Part shown: piece after piece, positions 1 to 14,344 of the stretch
How positions within the stretch are numbered: position 1 is the first letter of the stretch
Layout of the letters: each line of letters begins with the position of its first letter
Source of the DNA: Octopus vulgaris
Lineage: Eukaryota
Reading direction: 5' to 3'
DNA: 64,000 nt
NCBI GenBank assembly: GCA_951406725.2
Contig: OX597822.1
Location: forward strand, 80,414,001 to 80,478,000
Translations under genes and position numbers: made by a program
The notes under the pieces: model-generated
Seen by the model: the letters and a program-made list of their open reading frames with translations, nothing else
What the model was told of the DNA's origin: nothing
Database searches by the model: none

Positions 1-872
1 AATTTATGGATTTAAAGATTTCTCTGTTTGGACATATTCCAGGTTTTTGGATTTATAATTTCACTATTTTGGATACAATCCCATTAATATTATCATTTTT
101 TTTTCCTTTTCTCTTTTGATCGATTGTTTATTTTCTCTCTTTTCAGCTCAAAAGCCCAAAAAAAAAAATGAAAGACATCAAAAAACATAAACGGAAGACA
201 AACCAGATTTGCGTATTGCGATTTTATGAATTTGCGTATTGCAAATATATTTACTGGTATATATAAGCGATTGGTTGGTTCATCATAAGATGCTTTTAAT
301 GCATGCTAAATACAAAATAAACCTCTCACATTTTATATACACAACAGGTGTTGAAGTTATCCCCATAAATAACCGAAATTATTTGTAATTAATAGAAAAG
401 TCATTAAGGTGAAAATTGGCAGGTTAATTGCTGATGTGGAAATTTAACCTTCAGTGAGAGAGCGTTGCTCTCCAGGAATTTCAAAAGAACATATTTGAAA
501 ATTGCTTGAAAGAGAACGAAGGATTAGTTAATCTGAAAATTTAATTATGTGTAAACTTTATGGTCGGCCACAAAGGCATCTTTTTTTTTTTTATCTATAA
601 AACGCAAACGTTAAATCATTATTATGATTAAGGAACCATTTCAGCGGAAAGTTTGCACTTTCTCCGGAAGTGAAATGCACAAACGCCTGATCAATTTCAT
701 TATCAAGGTGGTGGTGGTGGTGGTGGTGAGTTTTGCAGTCATTGCTGTTTCACATGTTAAATACTTGCCTGATTTTAAGTATCCAAAGGAGATTTAGTGC
801 TCACCAATCACGATATACATGTGTGTGCACGCGCGTGTGTGTACGTACATACATACATATATATATACATAC

Positions 873-945
<73 letters not shown>

Positions 946-1003
946 GATAGATATATACATACATATATGCATACATACATACATACATACATACATACAT
1001 ACA

Positions 1004-1039
<36 letters not shown>

Positions 1040-2339
1040 TGTATATATATATTTATGTATACGCATGCTTGCAGACACGCACGCACGCACACTAAACATA
1101 GAGGAGTCGCAGAGAACCTGACTAGTTTGGGGTAAAAAATATATAAATGATTGGTAGACAATTACGATACCAAAATGACTCAGATGCCATTAATTTGAAG
1201 TATAATCAGGCAAAGTTAAAACGATTAATGACTTAAAACGGATCGTTTAATAATTATTTGTAGAGATATTCCTGGAAAGTGCATAAATTTTGCGAGTTCA
1301 CTACGCTTTCCCCTCTGCATTGCAATGTATACGTTGGCAAACCCATGTTTATCGGTCAATCTTAGTTCACCCATCAAATAGAAGGAAATAACATCTAATT
1401 CTAGTTATGTATTTTACTCTATTTTAAGCAATGCTTCAGATGTAATCTATTTTAATCTCTTGTGAGAGATTGGGAATTAATCTCAACGTTTTGGGACGCC
1501 TATCTATTTATCAATAATTTGTTAATGGTTTAATAATCCTCAATTCGTTTCTCAATGTTTTCTGAAACATATTGAGGCTTTTGTCGATCGAGTGTGTCGC
1601 AACATTTGTCTTTCATCACCGATATATTGAAATCTAACATAAAATAAAACTAAACAATTTCTATCAGAATTTCTGTCTGTTTCTTACTGTCTTCTCTCGG
1701 ATATGACTACTTTTCTCTCTTGAAATGCTTTTACATGTCTCAGTTTAAGGATGGAAGAGGCTACTAAAACATTGTCGTCGAGGAAAACAAATTTCGCATC
1801 AGTATTTCTTAAAAGACAAAACAAAACAGGATATCATGATAGAAAAATATAAAGAGAAAAACGTCTGTCTTGAAAACAGACGTTTTCAAGACAGACGTAT
1901 GAGAGAATGGTAATACAGCTATATGCAATATTTTAGCAATTATTGAACATCTGAGAAATGTTGCATTAGTTGAGATTGAGAATAATGTTCACTAGCGTGG
2001 TATTTTGTTGAAGCTATCAAACGTGAGTAACTAATCGAAGAGGTGAGGATTTTATTGGCAGAGAAAACTCGTATCTTCGTACTTTTAATGTATTACGTCA
2101 TTTCGTTATGCTTACAGGGGATAATGAATAGGAATAAATATACAAAATCTTGAACTTTAAGAGAAGGGGTACAACTGATTAGGTCGACCCACTGCTTGGT
2201 CGATGTTTCTTTTGTCGACTCTGGAAGAAAAGAATTATACATTATATCAGCCACGCCTGGATTTGACCGCTACATAAGCTGCACACCTTCCTTAACAATT
2301 TCACCATTCTAACATCTTAACTGACAAGAAATAATTCTT

Positions 2340-2530
2340 TCTGATTTTCGGTACCAGGCCAGTAATTTTAACGGGAGGGGCAAGAGAATCACAGTGCTCA
2401 GTTGGTACTTATTTGGTTGACAGAAAAATAATGTAAGACAAACTGGACCTCAGCGATATTCGAACTCGCAGCGTAAAACCCAAAGAAATGCTTATCAGTT
2501 TGTCCGACTCACAAATGATTCTGCCTCTTA
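2340..2530 (-). mobile_element. SINE family 1 (old)
   Basis: GTTGGTACTTATTT...GACCTCAGCGATATTCGAACTC...ATGATTCTGCC. Confidence 0.55.
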
Positions 2531-3499
2531 AGTGACAACAAATAATAATATTGTTGCGGAGGTAACGCGTGCGATGTATTGTATGATTGAATCCTGTGTA
2601 GCAGCGTGAGGGTTTAATTAAATTTGGCGTTAGATTGAAGTCAAAACAAATTTGACTCGTATTTTACACGTATTTTACATTTGTAGGCTGTTGAAGAATG
2701 CAATGCAAAGTCTGAATTTACAATGTAAAAGGACGTAATGTCATAACACAATCACTGATTTTGTTGTTGATAATTCTACATTCCAGCAGTAAACAACATT
2801 GTCGATCGGTTTTGATTGATCGGCTGCATTTGTAGAAGCCCAACGAAACCAGATCTAAAGCAAAGATTATACAATAGAAAGCGCATGTATGTGTGTATGA
2901 GTTGTGATGTTGTTCTGTATAACTATACAATACTGATCTGGCACTACTACAAACAACAAACCTTTTACATCGCACATTGGACAAATGTATTTTGAACTAT
3001 ACAAATGCATTTGACAGACTTTCCTTTTAAAAATAGTCATTTGTATTCCAATTGCATGTATAATCCCTGAGCAGTGTAACTATAAACCCTCTTACACAAC
3101 AGAGTATTCACCCGGTTATAAGTCACTGTTAACAGGAGTCAATAAAACTAGAAGTTCGAATCGTATTCGGTGCTGCTACTGATGCTGAAATGATTATTTC
3201 TATCTCGGAAATTCACAGTTTATACACTGTAACGTATTTCTATCAATTTCTTAAACAGAAGCAGGAAACTGGCTATCACTGTTGATAGAATTATCTCTGA
3301 GTGTGCCTAAGTACCTATGAGGAGACGAATTTCTGCCGTGGAATCAGGAAGAAATACTGACTAATAATACGTGTTTCCGGATGTAGAGAAATTACATAAC
3401 ACTTGAGATCTGTACAACACATTAGATTTGTTAATCTCTTCCTATCGATACAATACGGGCAAGAATGTGTCAACTGGAAGTCATAGTGTCGTGTAATGC

Positions 3500-3850
3500 A
3501 ACTTTATTACCAACACAAATCTCTCAGACCATGTCAGAACCGAAGAGCTGAGACAAATAACCAAATTATCACCAGTTACCTTCAGTCGTTGAAAAGTAAA
3601 GTACACAGACTGCCTAAACAAACTAAGCGAATGGTTTGTGTCGTCAGTAAGATCTGTTTGGAAGGCATGTTTAATGGAAAGAGAAACAGAGGTCGGCACT
3701 GTAAGAGCTAGAGAGATAAAATCGCAGCATGGACAGGTATTGACATGGTTTCCCTGAATGGTCTTACCAAAGATCGAATACTATGGAAGCATCTATCTCA
3801 TGGCGGTATGCATTGAGCCCCGGGTGGAGATTGCGGGAACTGATGATTGA
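3500..3850 (+). mobile_element. RTE-clade LINE 3' fragment (decayed)
   Basis: SKICLEGMFNGKRNRGRHCKS*RDKIAAWTG...TKDRILW matches the RTE ORF C-terminal GxRxRGRP...W...DRxxW pattern, followed by a short TGA-repeat tail. Confidence 0.75.
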
Positions 3851-4529
3851 TACAATATCAGTAATATGAAGGCAATAACTTATCGTGTTAGATAGAAAAA
3901 ACTAATTAACCACTTGTTTCAAAGCATGTTTGCAAGAGGTAATGTAAACAACTGCTCAGTAATAATTTTTAATCTTGCTCACAAGAAACCCATAAAAATT
4001 GAAGACGACTACAACCATTTAAATTCTTAAGTCACATTCAGTATTTGAGTTGTATGTATTTTAATGATGCCTGCAAAGATTGAAACTTCTACGTTCTGTG
4101 TTCCTCTGCGACAGCATTCGAACCAAGATGTGTCACACATTAAAATTTGTATTCAATGGCGTGAGAAGGGAAACTTGTTACATGAGCCATTGCTGGCCTT
4201 CTACAAATGCACCCTTTTCAGACCTTGTTTAGGTCAGTCCTTGGGAGAAGCACTCCTCAGTTGCACATATGAGGTCATTTTGTCCTGTGGAGATCTTAAT
4301 ATACCACTTAACTGGGGACATGTTATCCACTATGTGTGTTTGAACGAAAGCGAACTTAGAAATTTAAGGGAAGTAAGTAACCCTCGCAGGGCTTCATACT
4401 CCATTCTTTCTCCATTTTACCATTTATGCACCCTAATAATATTCAGATTAATGAAGTTATTAATGCTATGATTGTGTAAGCCCAAGTCAAATTTGACTGA
4501 ACACACTTGGGATTAAAAATATTTCCTTT

Positions 4530-4735
4530 CACGCCAGTCCATTTTGACAGCCATAAACTCCGTAACACCAGAGGATAAGAGAGAAGTGGTACACCAAGGA
4601 AGCTATGGTACGCCATCTTCAAAAAAGATTTGAAGCAAGCTGGAAGGTACAGGGCACTATGTTGAAAACCAAAGTGACTGAAGGCGTCTTGTTACCCGGT
4701 GTACCAACTGTACAGGAAAATCTAAGAGTAAGAAG
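4530..4735 (+). mobile_element. RTE-like LINE 3' fragment (highly decayed)
   Basis: With frameshifts it reads TPEDKR..GTPRKLWYAIFKKDLKQAG...RRLVTRC. Confidence 0.5.
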
Positions 4736-5526
4736 ACCTAGGAGTATATAATTAAAAAAAAATCCTTCTTGGTTTTGAAAATGGCAGTTTTATTTCAGGG
4801 AGTTTTGGCTGCTATTTCTAATAAGTTAACAAATCAGAGTGGCTCTTTGGTTGGCACTTGCCAAAATGATAATATTAGTAGGAACATAAGGAAATTTAAG
4901 TTGTCTACATTTTACAATAAAGACAGACGGTATGTGATTTCTAGAAGACAAACAGATCGCTTAGCATTATTGTATAGATGAGAAAAAGGAAGCGTAGAGG
5001 TAATGACACTATATATATACAAATATTATTATTATTACTACTAATAATAAGTAGTTGAAGTGGGATGCGAGGAAAAAGAGAATAAAAACTTAGAGGAGAA
5101 AAGAAGAGGAAAATGTACAAAAAAAATTGAATAATGTCTGGAAAAAAGAATGGAAATTGAGAATGAAATATTTTTAAAAAGAAAGATAGAGAAAGAGAGA
5201 CATGTTGTGATAGAGAGGAGGTGCAGGCTGAGGGAGTTAAGGAGGTAGAGAGACAGGGAGAGAGAGAGAGAGAGAGTGTGTTGTGTGTGTTGAGAGGAAT
5301 GGGTAAGAAAGAAAAGGAAATATGTTTTAAGGGAAAGTCAAAGTAGGAAAGCAAAGAAGAGTAATTTGATAGACGGCGAGATATTAAAAGAAAGAGAAGT
5401 AGTGAGAGAAATAATGATTGGAAGATAGGGCTAAAACAATAGAGGGAAAGAAGAGGATAAACAGAAGAAGAGTAAGTTATAGAAAGAAAGAGTGAAAAAG
5501 AGAAAGAAATGAATTTATACAAGCAA

Positions 5527-5750
5527 AAGTTTCACATAAAAAGAGAATGTAAAAGAGAGAAAACAGAGAGAGAGAGAGATAGTGAAAGAGAGAGGGAGAG
5601 AGAGATGGAAACAGAGAGAGAGAGAGAGAGAAAGTTTCACATAAAAAGAGAATGTAAAAGAGAGAAAACAGAGAGTGAGAGAGAGAGAAAGAGAGAGAGT
5701 GAAAGAGAGAGGGAGAGAGAGATGGAAACAGAGAGATGGAAACAGAGAGA
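5527..5750. repeat. Tandem duplication of a ~105-bp GA-rich unit
   Basis: AAAGTTTCACATAAAAAGAGAATGTAAAAGAGAGAAAACAGAGAG...GATGGAAACAGAGAG occurs twice (5527 and 5631). Confidence 0.9.
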
Positions 5751-7416
5751 GAGGTAGTGTATGTGAATAAAAAATGTTGCATAGAGGTTTGAATAATTCT
5801 GTCTATAGAGAAACAACAATCTTTAGTCGTGATACGGAAGACGAAGAAGAAAAAAAACGTTGTAATCGATTTTTTTTGTTTCTTAGATGTTTACAAGCCG
5901 TCGTGTAAATTCATTCATACATACATATACATATGTGGGTGTGTAAATATATACATATATATATGTCTGTGTGTGTATGTAAATATATATATGTATATAT
6001 AGGTATGTGCGTGTGTGTAGCTAACAACTTCCTTCTTAATCTAATACAACAGAATATCTAAATCTATGAGGTGTCTGTAATCTTAGTCGATGGTTCTATA
6101 GGACAAGAAATCATAACATTGAGAGGTGAAATAAGAAGCAATGAGGTGATGAAGTTACAAGAGGAATCAGTCTAAGATGGCTGAGTATAACTTAAACAGG
6201 CAATGTGAGTGATAGATGGGATGTGAGCAGAAACTGAAACATCATCTCACACACAATTCACACTCGGAGAGAAGGTTTTTTAAAAAATATTCTTTGAGAT
6301 TATACCATTTATCTTTTATTTGTTTTAGCCATTGGGCTGTGGCCATGCTGGAGCACTGCTTTGGAGGATTCAGTCGAATATATCGACCCCTATGACGTAT
6401 TTATTTCATGTCAGGTAATCATTCTATCGGCATTTGTTTCTGTTAAACAACTATAATTTGGGGACGTAAACTAACTGACACCGGTTGCCAAACGGTATCG
6501 GAAGCATAAACACAAACAGAAAGACATAAACAGATATACATACCTACGCACGCACACTCGGACACCTTCGCACAAACACACACTACCTACAGGATTTGTT
6601 TATGATGATCAAATTATAATGGTCAAGTGCATGTGCTGTAAATTATTTCTCTCTCTTCATAAAATCGACGTTGTCTGAACAGGTGCCACGGTGTGCCACG
6701 CGGCAAGTGTCGAAGTGACCGCAGAGCAACGGGAGATGAACTTTTTAGCTCAAGAACACAACGCACCACCCGGTCTAGGTATTGAAACCACAATCTCTCG
6801 ATCGTGAGTGCAGCACCCTAACCTCTAGGCCATATATATATGTAGTTGGGCTGAACGGGAAACGCTGCATATGTATGTGCGTACGTGTGGATGTGTATAT
6901 GTGTGTGTATATATGTGTTTGTGTGTATTTGTGTGTGCGTTTACGTGTGTGTGTGTATGCGCCAGTGTGTGCGTCTGTGTGTATGTATACGCATTATAAG
7001 TATATATAATTATATATGTGGGGTGGAGTTTGCAAAGCCAGCTTCTTAACCACTATTTTAATATGTTTGCCTAGACTTGTTTTTAAGTGAGTTAATCTAC
7101 ATAAACATTATCATAATTTATGTTGCTCTAAGCTCTCGTTTATCCAGTTTTGTTGTCGAGTTTGACTCTTCTCAAAATGTATTTTGAGAAATATTTATAT
7201 TTATAGCTCCAAATATCGGTTAAATCAGTTAAATCTGTATTTGTTGATGATCTTTTCATGTAGATGTTTTACAATGTACGTCTATGCAGTCTACCTATGT
7301 GCTCTGAGCTGTGTTTGACTTAGCTTGTCTGCATTAAAGTTATTAATAGCCACATACTTAGAAACACACACACACACATATGCGTCCACCTCTCCTCTCT
7401 CTCTCTCTCTCTCTCT

Positions 7417-7466
<50 letters not shown>

Positions 7467-7950
7467 CATATATGTATACATGTTATATAATTATATATAT
7501 ATACACATATATATATACTGTATATATACATACACACACACACAAGGATAGATAAATTGAGTGATGATAAAGAGGACGATGGTAGATAAATAGATAGCTA
7601 TTTAGATAGACAAAGACAGATAAGGAGACAGATACACAGACAAATTCATAGATTGATAGCTAGGTAGCTCGCTCGCTAGCTAGCTAGCCGGTTAGAAAGA
7701 TAGATAGGTAGATAGATACATATTAAAGATATAGGCAAATATACAAATGTGAGATTGAGTTTGTATGTTATAATTCAAATGGAATATTAATCATCTAAAG
7801 TATTATGTTTCAGGAGACCTACACAAGGTATTATGGAATTTAGTTTTTAAGACAAGGGCAACACTTAACTAACATCGTTAAATTCCGTCAGTTGTCGTCT
7901 TCTGTTTCTATTTGGGGCTCATTGGCTCATTGTATCTAGCATTAAGTCGA

Positions 7951-8165
7951 TAAGCTGGCAGAACCGTTAGCAACCTGGACAAAATGCTTTGCAGATATCG
8001 TGTCTTTACATTCTGAATTCAAATGCCGCCGAGGTCTGCTCTGCCTTTCATCGTTACCAGGTCGATGAAATAAGTACAAGTCTTGCACTCGGGTCGATGT
8101 AATCGGATCGACTATCCGCAGCCTTTAAAATTTCAGGCCTTGTGCCTAGAGCAGAAATGAATATT
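7951..8165 (+). mobile_element. SINE family 1 (tRNA-like head, Nin/Deu-like central domain)
   Basis: AGCTGGCAGAA.CGTTAGCA head, TTCAAAT B-box-like motif, GCCTTTCATC...GGTCGAT.AAATAAGTAC domain and GGCCTTGTGCC tail. A decayed copy follows at ~8185-8350. Confidence 0.8.
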
Positions 8166-9936
8166 TCTATCATTAAACACTATGAAGGCGCCAAGATGGT
8201 AGCATCATTAGATTATTGATAAAATGGCGTTGCGTAATTTTTCTTGAGTAGAAATCCGGACATCATCTTTTATGTTTTCGGGGTTGATAAACTAAAGCAC
8301 TAGTCAAGTACTCAGTCACTGCTAGCCACTAAGCTCCTCCCATTAAAATCATTGTCTCACATTATTTTCGGTAGGGTCTTAGAAACTCGGCCTCATTTGA
8401 TTCTTGGAGTTATTTATCGTCGGGAAATACCTTTTTATTTTGAATATTACAACTTTGTCTTGGAATACTTTTATTTAATTTTGAATGAAATCATAGTCTA
8501 GATATTACTTTCATCTCCTTGCCAAGATCTGTTATTAATGCTAATGTCTTATCAGAATGAAACATTATTGATAAAATTAGTTGCAGAAATGTGATCTTCA
8601 GAGTTATCTGCCGGTAAGTATTAAATATATTTGTTCAAATCGTACCAAAAATCATGTTTACCTCAATTTTATACTTGGATGTCATATACAAACTTATAAT
8701 TGCTCCCTATACATTCAGTCCTTAGACAGTGATGAGGTTGGCTTTGGAATTTGTTCCTTCAAAATCGATAAAACAGCATTTGTTCCTATCACTCCTATAA
8801 ATTCCGAGACGAAACCCCATTGGTTAAATTTTGTTTTTCAGACCACGGTAATAGATTGTCCGATTCAGTATTCAAATACCTTCTTTCTGAATATATCCTT
8901 GTGCTTAAGTAGAAAATCAATAGTTGCATATGAAAGAAAATCTAATAATTGAGGCAGTATTAAACCATAGATCACACCCAAACGAATTAAACTATTGATT
9001 TCTGGCATAGGAAAATGGCATTAGCTTGTCAGGGATGGAGCAGTTAAATGACGTGATGTTTGTGTCTTTCACAACACACATTAGTGAAGAAGAAGAAGAA
9101 GAAGAAGAAGAAGAAGAAGAAGAAGAAGAAGAAGAAGAAGAAGAAGAAGAAGGGAAATTGCTACAAACAGAAAACTGAAAACTCATTATTCCATAATGAT
9201 TTCTACCATAGGCACAAGACTATAAATTGGTGGTGTGGGGGAAGGGTGGGCAATATAGTCGGTTACAACAGGAGCAGTACTTGAGTGGTTGTTATTTTAT
9301 TGACTCCAGAAGGATGACTGCCTGCCAGGGAATAATTGGTAGAATAATATCTTGGTAACTAGAACACATACCACAACGAATCTGAAGTCGCTGTTGATTT
9401 GCACTAGGTTAACTCTAGTAGAAACCAATCCATCCATGACCCAAACGGTCCCTTTTTTCTATCTGCACTGAAGCCAACGCCACGATATTTCATAAATCCT
9501 ATCTTAAGTCAGTGGTAATGCTATCTGAGCATGACTACTGATTTAGCAAATCGTGCATGGATGTAGAGGCACCCTCGTTTAGCAAGCATCGCACGCTGAA
9601 CAAGAAAACAGATGTACGAATTTTGAATGTCGAAAATATTGATCTCCGTTTTCTGCCACGCCATATTCGCTAATACTGAGACATATTAGAACATAGCGCT
9701 CCCAAACAAAATGAAAACCTTTTATTCATCTTTGCTGTCCCTTCTGATATCATTAGCCACTGTGAATTATATGTCGCGTCTCACCTTCGTTTAAATTATG
9801 CAAATTAAACTCGAATATAAATGCTTTCTATTCCTTTTTGTGTATGAATTAGTATCAGCTGAAGTGAACGCTGATGGCACCAGATGGAAGAAACACGTGC
9901 CCGTAGCTATCTTTTTGTCTCCACACAATTCTTAAA

Positions 9937-10369
9937 GCGGCGAGCTTTGCGGCACTTCGTCCGACTTTACGTAAGGAGTCCAAAATCTACCGATGTCGAC
10001 TTTGCCATTGATCCTTTTGGGGTCTATAAAATAAGTACCTGTTGAATACTGGGATCGATGTAATTAAATTACTACCTCCCCCCCCAAATTTGTGGAATTC
10101 TGCCAAAGTTTGAAATGAATTGCAGATATGTCTTAATATTTGGTAATGGTGGCGAGCTGGCAGAAGAGTTAGCACGCTGGACGAAAAGCTCAACGATGTT
10201 TCGTCTGATTTGCGTTCTGAGTTCAAATTCCGCCGAGGTCGACGTTGCCTTTCATCCTCTCGAGGTCGATAAATTAAGTACCAGCTGTGCACTGGGGCTG
10301 ATCTAATCGACTGCCCCCCGCCCCAAAAAAAAATAATTTCAGGTCTTTTGCCTACAGTAGAAAAGAATA
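9937..10369 (+). mobile_element. Two adjacent SINE family 1 copies (9937-10115 internally deleted; 10148-10369 full)
   Basis: GGCGAGCTGGCAGAAG.GTTAGCACGCTGGACGAAA...GAGTTCAAATTCCGCCGAGGTCGAC...GCCTTTCATCCT..GAGGTCGATAAATTAAGTACCAG. A further decayed copy lies at ~10655-10820. Confidence 0.85.
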
Positions 10370-10938
10370 GTTGTTAAAGACGCGTGATCTAATAGTTAGA
10401 GTGCTGTACTTCCAATCGTAAGATAGTGATTTTGATTCTGGACTGGGAGGAGCTATTTTTTCTTACGCAAACTATTTCATTTCACGTTGTTTCAGTTCCC
10501 TCAACTCTAAATAATTCTAGCAATAACAAAATTAATTTCCCAGGCTTATTGAGAAGTTAATTTCAATGTTTATCGCCCATATTCATAGCACTGGAGATTC
10601 TGAATTATTTCCATTAGACTATCTCATCTAAATTATGCAAAGACCAATTAATCAGGAGGACGGCAAGGTGGATAAATCGTTAGCATGTCGGACAAAACAC
10701 TTAACGGCATTTCTTCCGGCTTTTTATGTTCTGAGCTGAAATACCACCGAGTGGATAGTTGCCTTTCATCAATTTAAGATAGATAAATTGAAGTACGAAA
10801 CAAGTACCGGGGTTGATGTCACTGTCAATAACATTTTTGTTTAAGAATTTTAAATATATACTCAACAAAGGTATTAGAGTAAACAATCAGATTAATGTCA
10901 AATGGTTTTTATTAAACTGAACATAAAAACAAACATTA

Positions 10939-10971
<33 letters not shown>

Positions 10972-11059
10972 TGTATGTATGTATGTATGTATGTATGTAT
11001 GTATGTATGTATCTATCTATCGATTTATCTGTCTGTCCGTCTGTCTGTGTGTCTGTCTG

Positions 11060-11137
<78 letters not shown>

Positions 11138-11232
11138 TCCTGTATACATACATACACACACACACACACAGACACACACATATATATACATATATTTTTG
11201 TGTGTGTCTCTGTGTGAGCACATACATATGTT

Positions 11233-11264
<32 letters not shown>

Positions 11265-11334
11265 CATACATATATTTATATATATATATATGTATATATT
11301 TATATATATTTATATATATATATATTTATATATA

Positions 11335-11780
11335 TCTCCCCTTACTCACAACACAGGAACTGAAGAACCAGGACCACAATTACTACTACTTCCTGTCCTG
11401 CAAACATGCTGAATTTAACAACACAACACAACACATGCTCTTAATCCCTTTGGATCTCAACACCTCAAGGTAATTTTCTCGTAAACAACCATAAAAGTCA
11501 AGATACACAACGAATTCACAATGTATCGGAGAACTTATTTTTTAATTTTTGTACATTTTTATCATTATTCTTTTACAAAAAACAATGCAATTTTCTTTTT
11601 TTCCCCTTTCTAATTTTAAAAAAAACTTCTTAAAACATAAATATTCTTGACAAGTCATACAATGACGAAAACCGGTTGAATAAATATATATTTATATATT
11701 TTATCAATTTCTCATTTTATTAAAATTTTCTTTCATTTGAGCATTCTGCATTTTTAAAAAAAATTTTCCTTACTTATATT
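11335..11780 (+). mobile_element. 3' remnant of a PLE (endonuclease C-terminus-like + pLTR) inside a (TA)n tract
   Basis: Non-repetitive island between TA tracts. The frame ends ...LLIPLDLNTSR*, resembling the PxGLN end of PLE GIY-YIG domains, followed by an AT-rich region with an HHR. Confidence 0.6.
11642..11681 (+). ncRNA. Minimal hammerhead motif with U3-A8 core
   Basis: TATTC-TTGACAA-GTCAT-aca-ATGAC-GAAA-CCGG-TT-GAATA, with perfect stems I and II and a palindromic stem III. Confidence 0.75.
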
Positions 11781-13064
11781 TATATATATACATTTATTTA
11801 TATATATATATGTATATATACATATATTTATATATATATATATATGTTTATATACATATATTTGTATATATATATATACGCACATGTATTCATACACTCA
11901 CACATATATATACATGAGTGTGTGAGCGTGTGTGTGTATGTATGTGTGTGTATTAGTCAGTGTGCTGTTTTACTGATTTTAGTCAAGCCGTCTATTCATA
12001 CAATAAATATCAGCATTTTTCTATCTTCTTTCTTTTTTTTTCAAATGTTTGTGATCAAACATCAATACACGTATGCCATAGAGAGGAAATTGATTGATTT
12101 CGATTTCAATTTATCATTGAATTCAATCGATTGACAAAATTAGACAATAAAAAGTAAATAGTTTGGAAGTTTTTCTGATGTTTGGCATGCTTACGTGTAT
12201 GATGCTGGTATGGGTAAAATACGTATGTCGACCGTTATGCGAATACCGTCATCAAGCTACGTACATACATACACACACATATCTATATTCATACTTATTT
12301 ACATACATACGTGCATACAAACAAAAACACACAGAATTGTGTGCAATCTACTATGATAAATATCAATTTGATCACAAACATACATAACGCCCACACTCAC
12401 ATACACACACATTTTATTTGATAGATACAATACCTGTTTTTATGTGCTACTAATGGTTTCATATGTTGAGCAATACTTCAAACTTATTCATCAGGCACAA
12501 ACCATATATCATAACGAACTAAAAAATGCATGAAAGATGAAACATGAAAAGTGAAGAAGGAAGCATACAGAATACGTGGACCGTTAGAAAACAGAAAACG
12601 AAAAAAAGAAAAACGACAAAATAAAAAGTAAAAGAACTAAAAGTTTTATCCTCCTTAAACCTTAAATCATTAGGCTGGAAAAGTATAAACAATTTAATCA
12701 GATATAGGTGAATTTCTCCAATTCTTCAAAATGTATTGAGTCATATGTTTACAAACGCTGAAATTTTCAGATCTAGAATTCAGTAGTGAGTTATGGATAT
12801 AGACATATATTTCACGTGTATAATAGATAGATTAATAAATAGATAGACATTAAGTGCATGCCATAATCTTAATTCTTCCAGCTCCTCGTGGTTTATCGGA
12901 TCTTTGATCTGAAAAGGATCTGAGCTACTTCAGCTAAATATAGCTTACATTCATTTGATCTATTAAGATAAGGTCTGGATTTTTCAATTATGTTCCCCTT
13001 AATGATATGTAGTGTTGCGTCAGATTTCAAATTCAATACGTGGCTAGCCAATTTAGAGAACGAG

Positions 13065-13127
<63 letters not shown>

Positions 13128-13571
13128 AATGTATGTATGCATATATATTTATATGTATATAGTTGTATGAATGTGTAATGTATGTATGTATACTTATTAT
13201 AAACAGCTATTTGACAGAGTTGTTAGAGGCTTGGAGGGAAAGCATCTTTGGTATTCCTTCCTTCTCTATCGCTTGCCGAGTCTATAAATAAAATGCCAGA
13301 CAAACAGCGGAGTTTTCTTGGTGGATAATAGTCATCGCTCACAATATTTTATCGAATCCCGGATATTGTAGGAATGAGTAAAGCTTTATTGTGATTCGAA
13401 TTACAACGTACAGGGTCGTGACTAAGATTACTGAAATTATATTTCGCTGAACTGGTTCTGACATCGTGTTTACTTTAAGATTATCAGCTGTAATGGTAAT
13501 AATGTGAGGTAATCACCACCACGGTCAACACAGCAGCACCAGCAACAGTAATTATGTCAGCAGCAACAGAA

Positions 13572-13572
13572 A

Positions 13573-13629
<57 letters not shown>

Positions 13630-13685
13630 TAGTACTGGTTTTGGTGATGGTGGTGGTGGGGGATAGTAGTAGTAGTAGTAGTAGT

Positions 13686-13744
<59 letters not shown>

Positions 13745-13745
13745 A
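13572..13745. repeat. Compound (TAG)n/(TGG)n/(CAG)n trinucleotide tract
   Basis: Read directly. A similar tract lies at 34787-34910, and (AAT)n tracts at 32220-32310 and 62132-62205. Confidence 0.95.
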
Positions 13746-14344
13746 TAAATTATTGAGACGAATTGCGATAATTTCTGTCATAACTAAGCATTAAATAAAT
13801 AAAGAATTAAAAAAATAAATAAACAAACAAGCGAAAAGCCTTAGCGATTTATTAATAAAACGTGAAACAAAATAAGCTAACACTGAAGAAGATGGTGGTG
13901 GGGGAAATAACGGTTTAGTAATCTGAAGATTATTATAATGTAATGGAGATTAACTCTAATAAGTCAACTGTTTAGAAAACGTTGATGTTACAGCATAGAA
14001 AATCCATATTAGAGAATTGATGCTGGATTTTGACGTTGATGGGTTGTCAGCGAGCAAAGCATGAATGTCCAGAACGTGTAGTGACCAATTATTGTTGGTA
14101 TTATTGTGGCCATATTGAAGCCGGTGAGCTGGGGGAATCGTAAGCGCGTCGGTCAAAATGATTAGCCGTATTTCTTCCTACTTATTTTATTCTTGTTTCA
14201 AATACCGCCGAGATAGGCTTAGCTTTTCTGGATTGTTAAACTAAAGTACGTTTCGATCTACTGTGGTCGCACGTTTCACCTACATTTCTACATTTACTGT
14301 GTATTTCACAACTAGCTATACAACAAAGCGTAATAGTAAACTAC

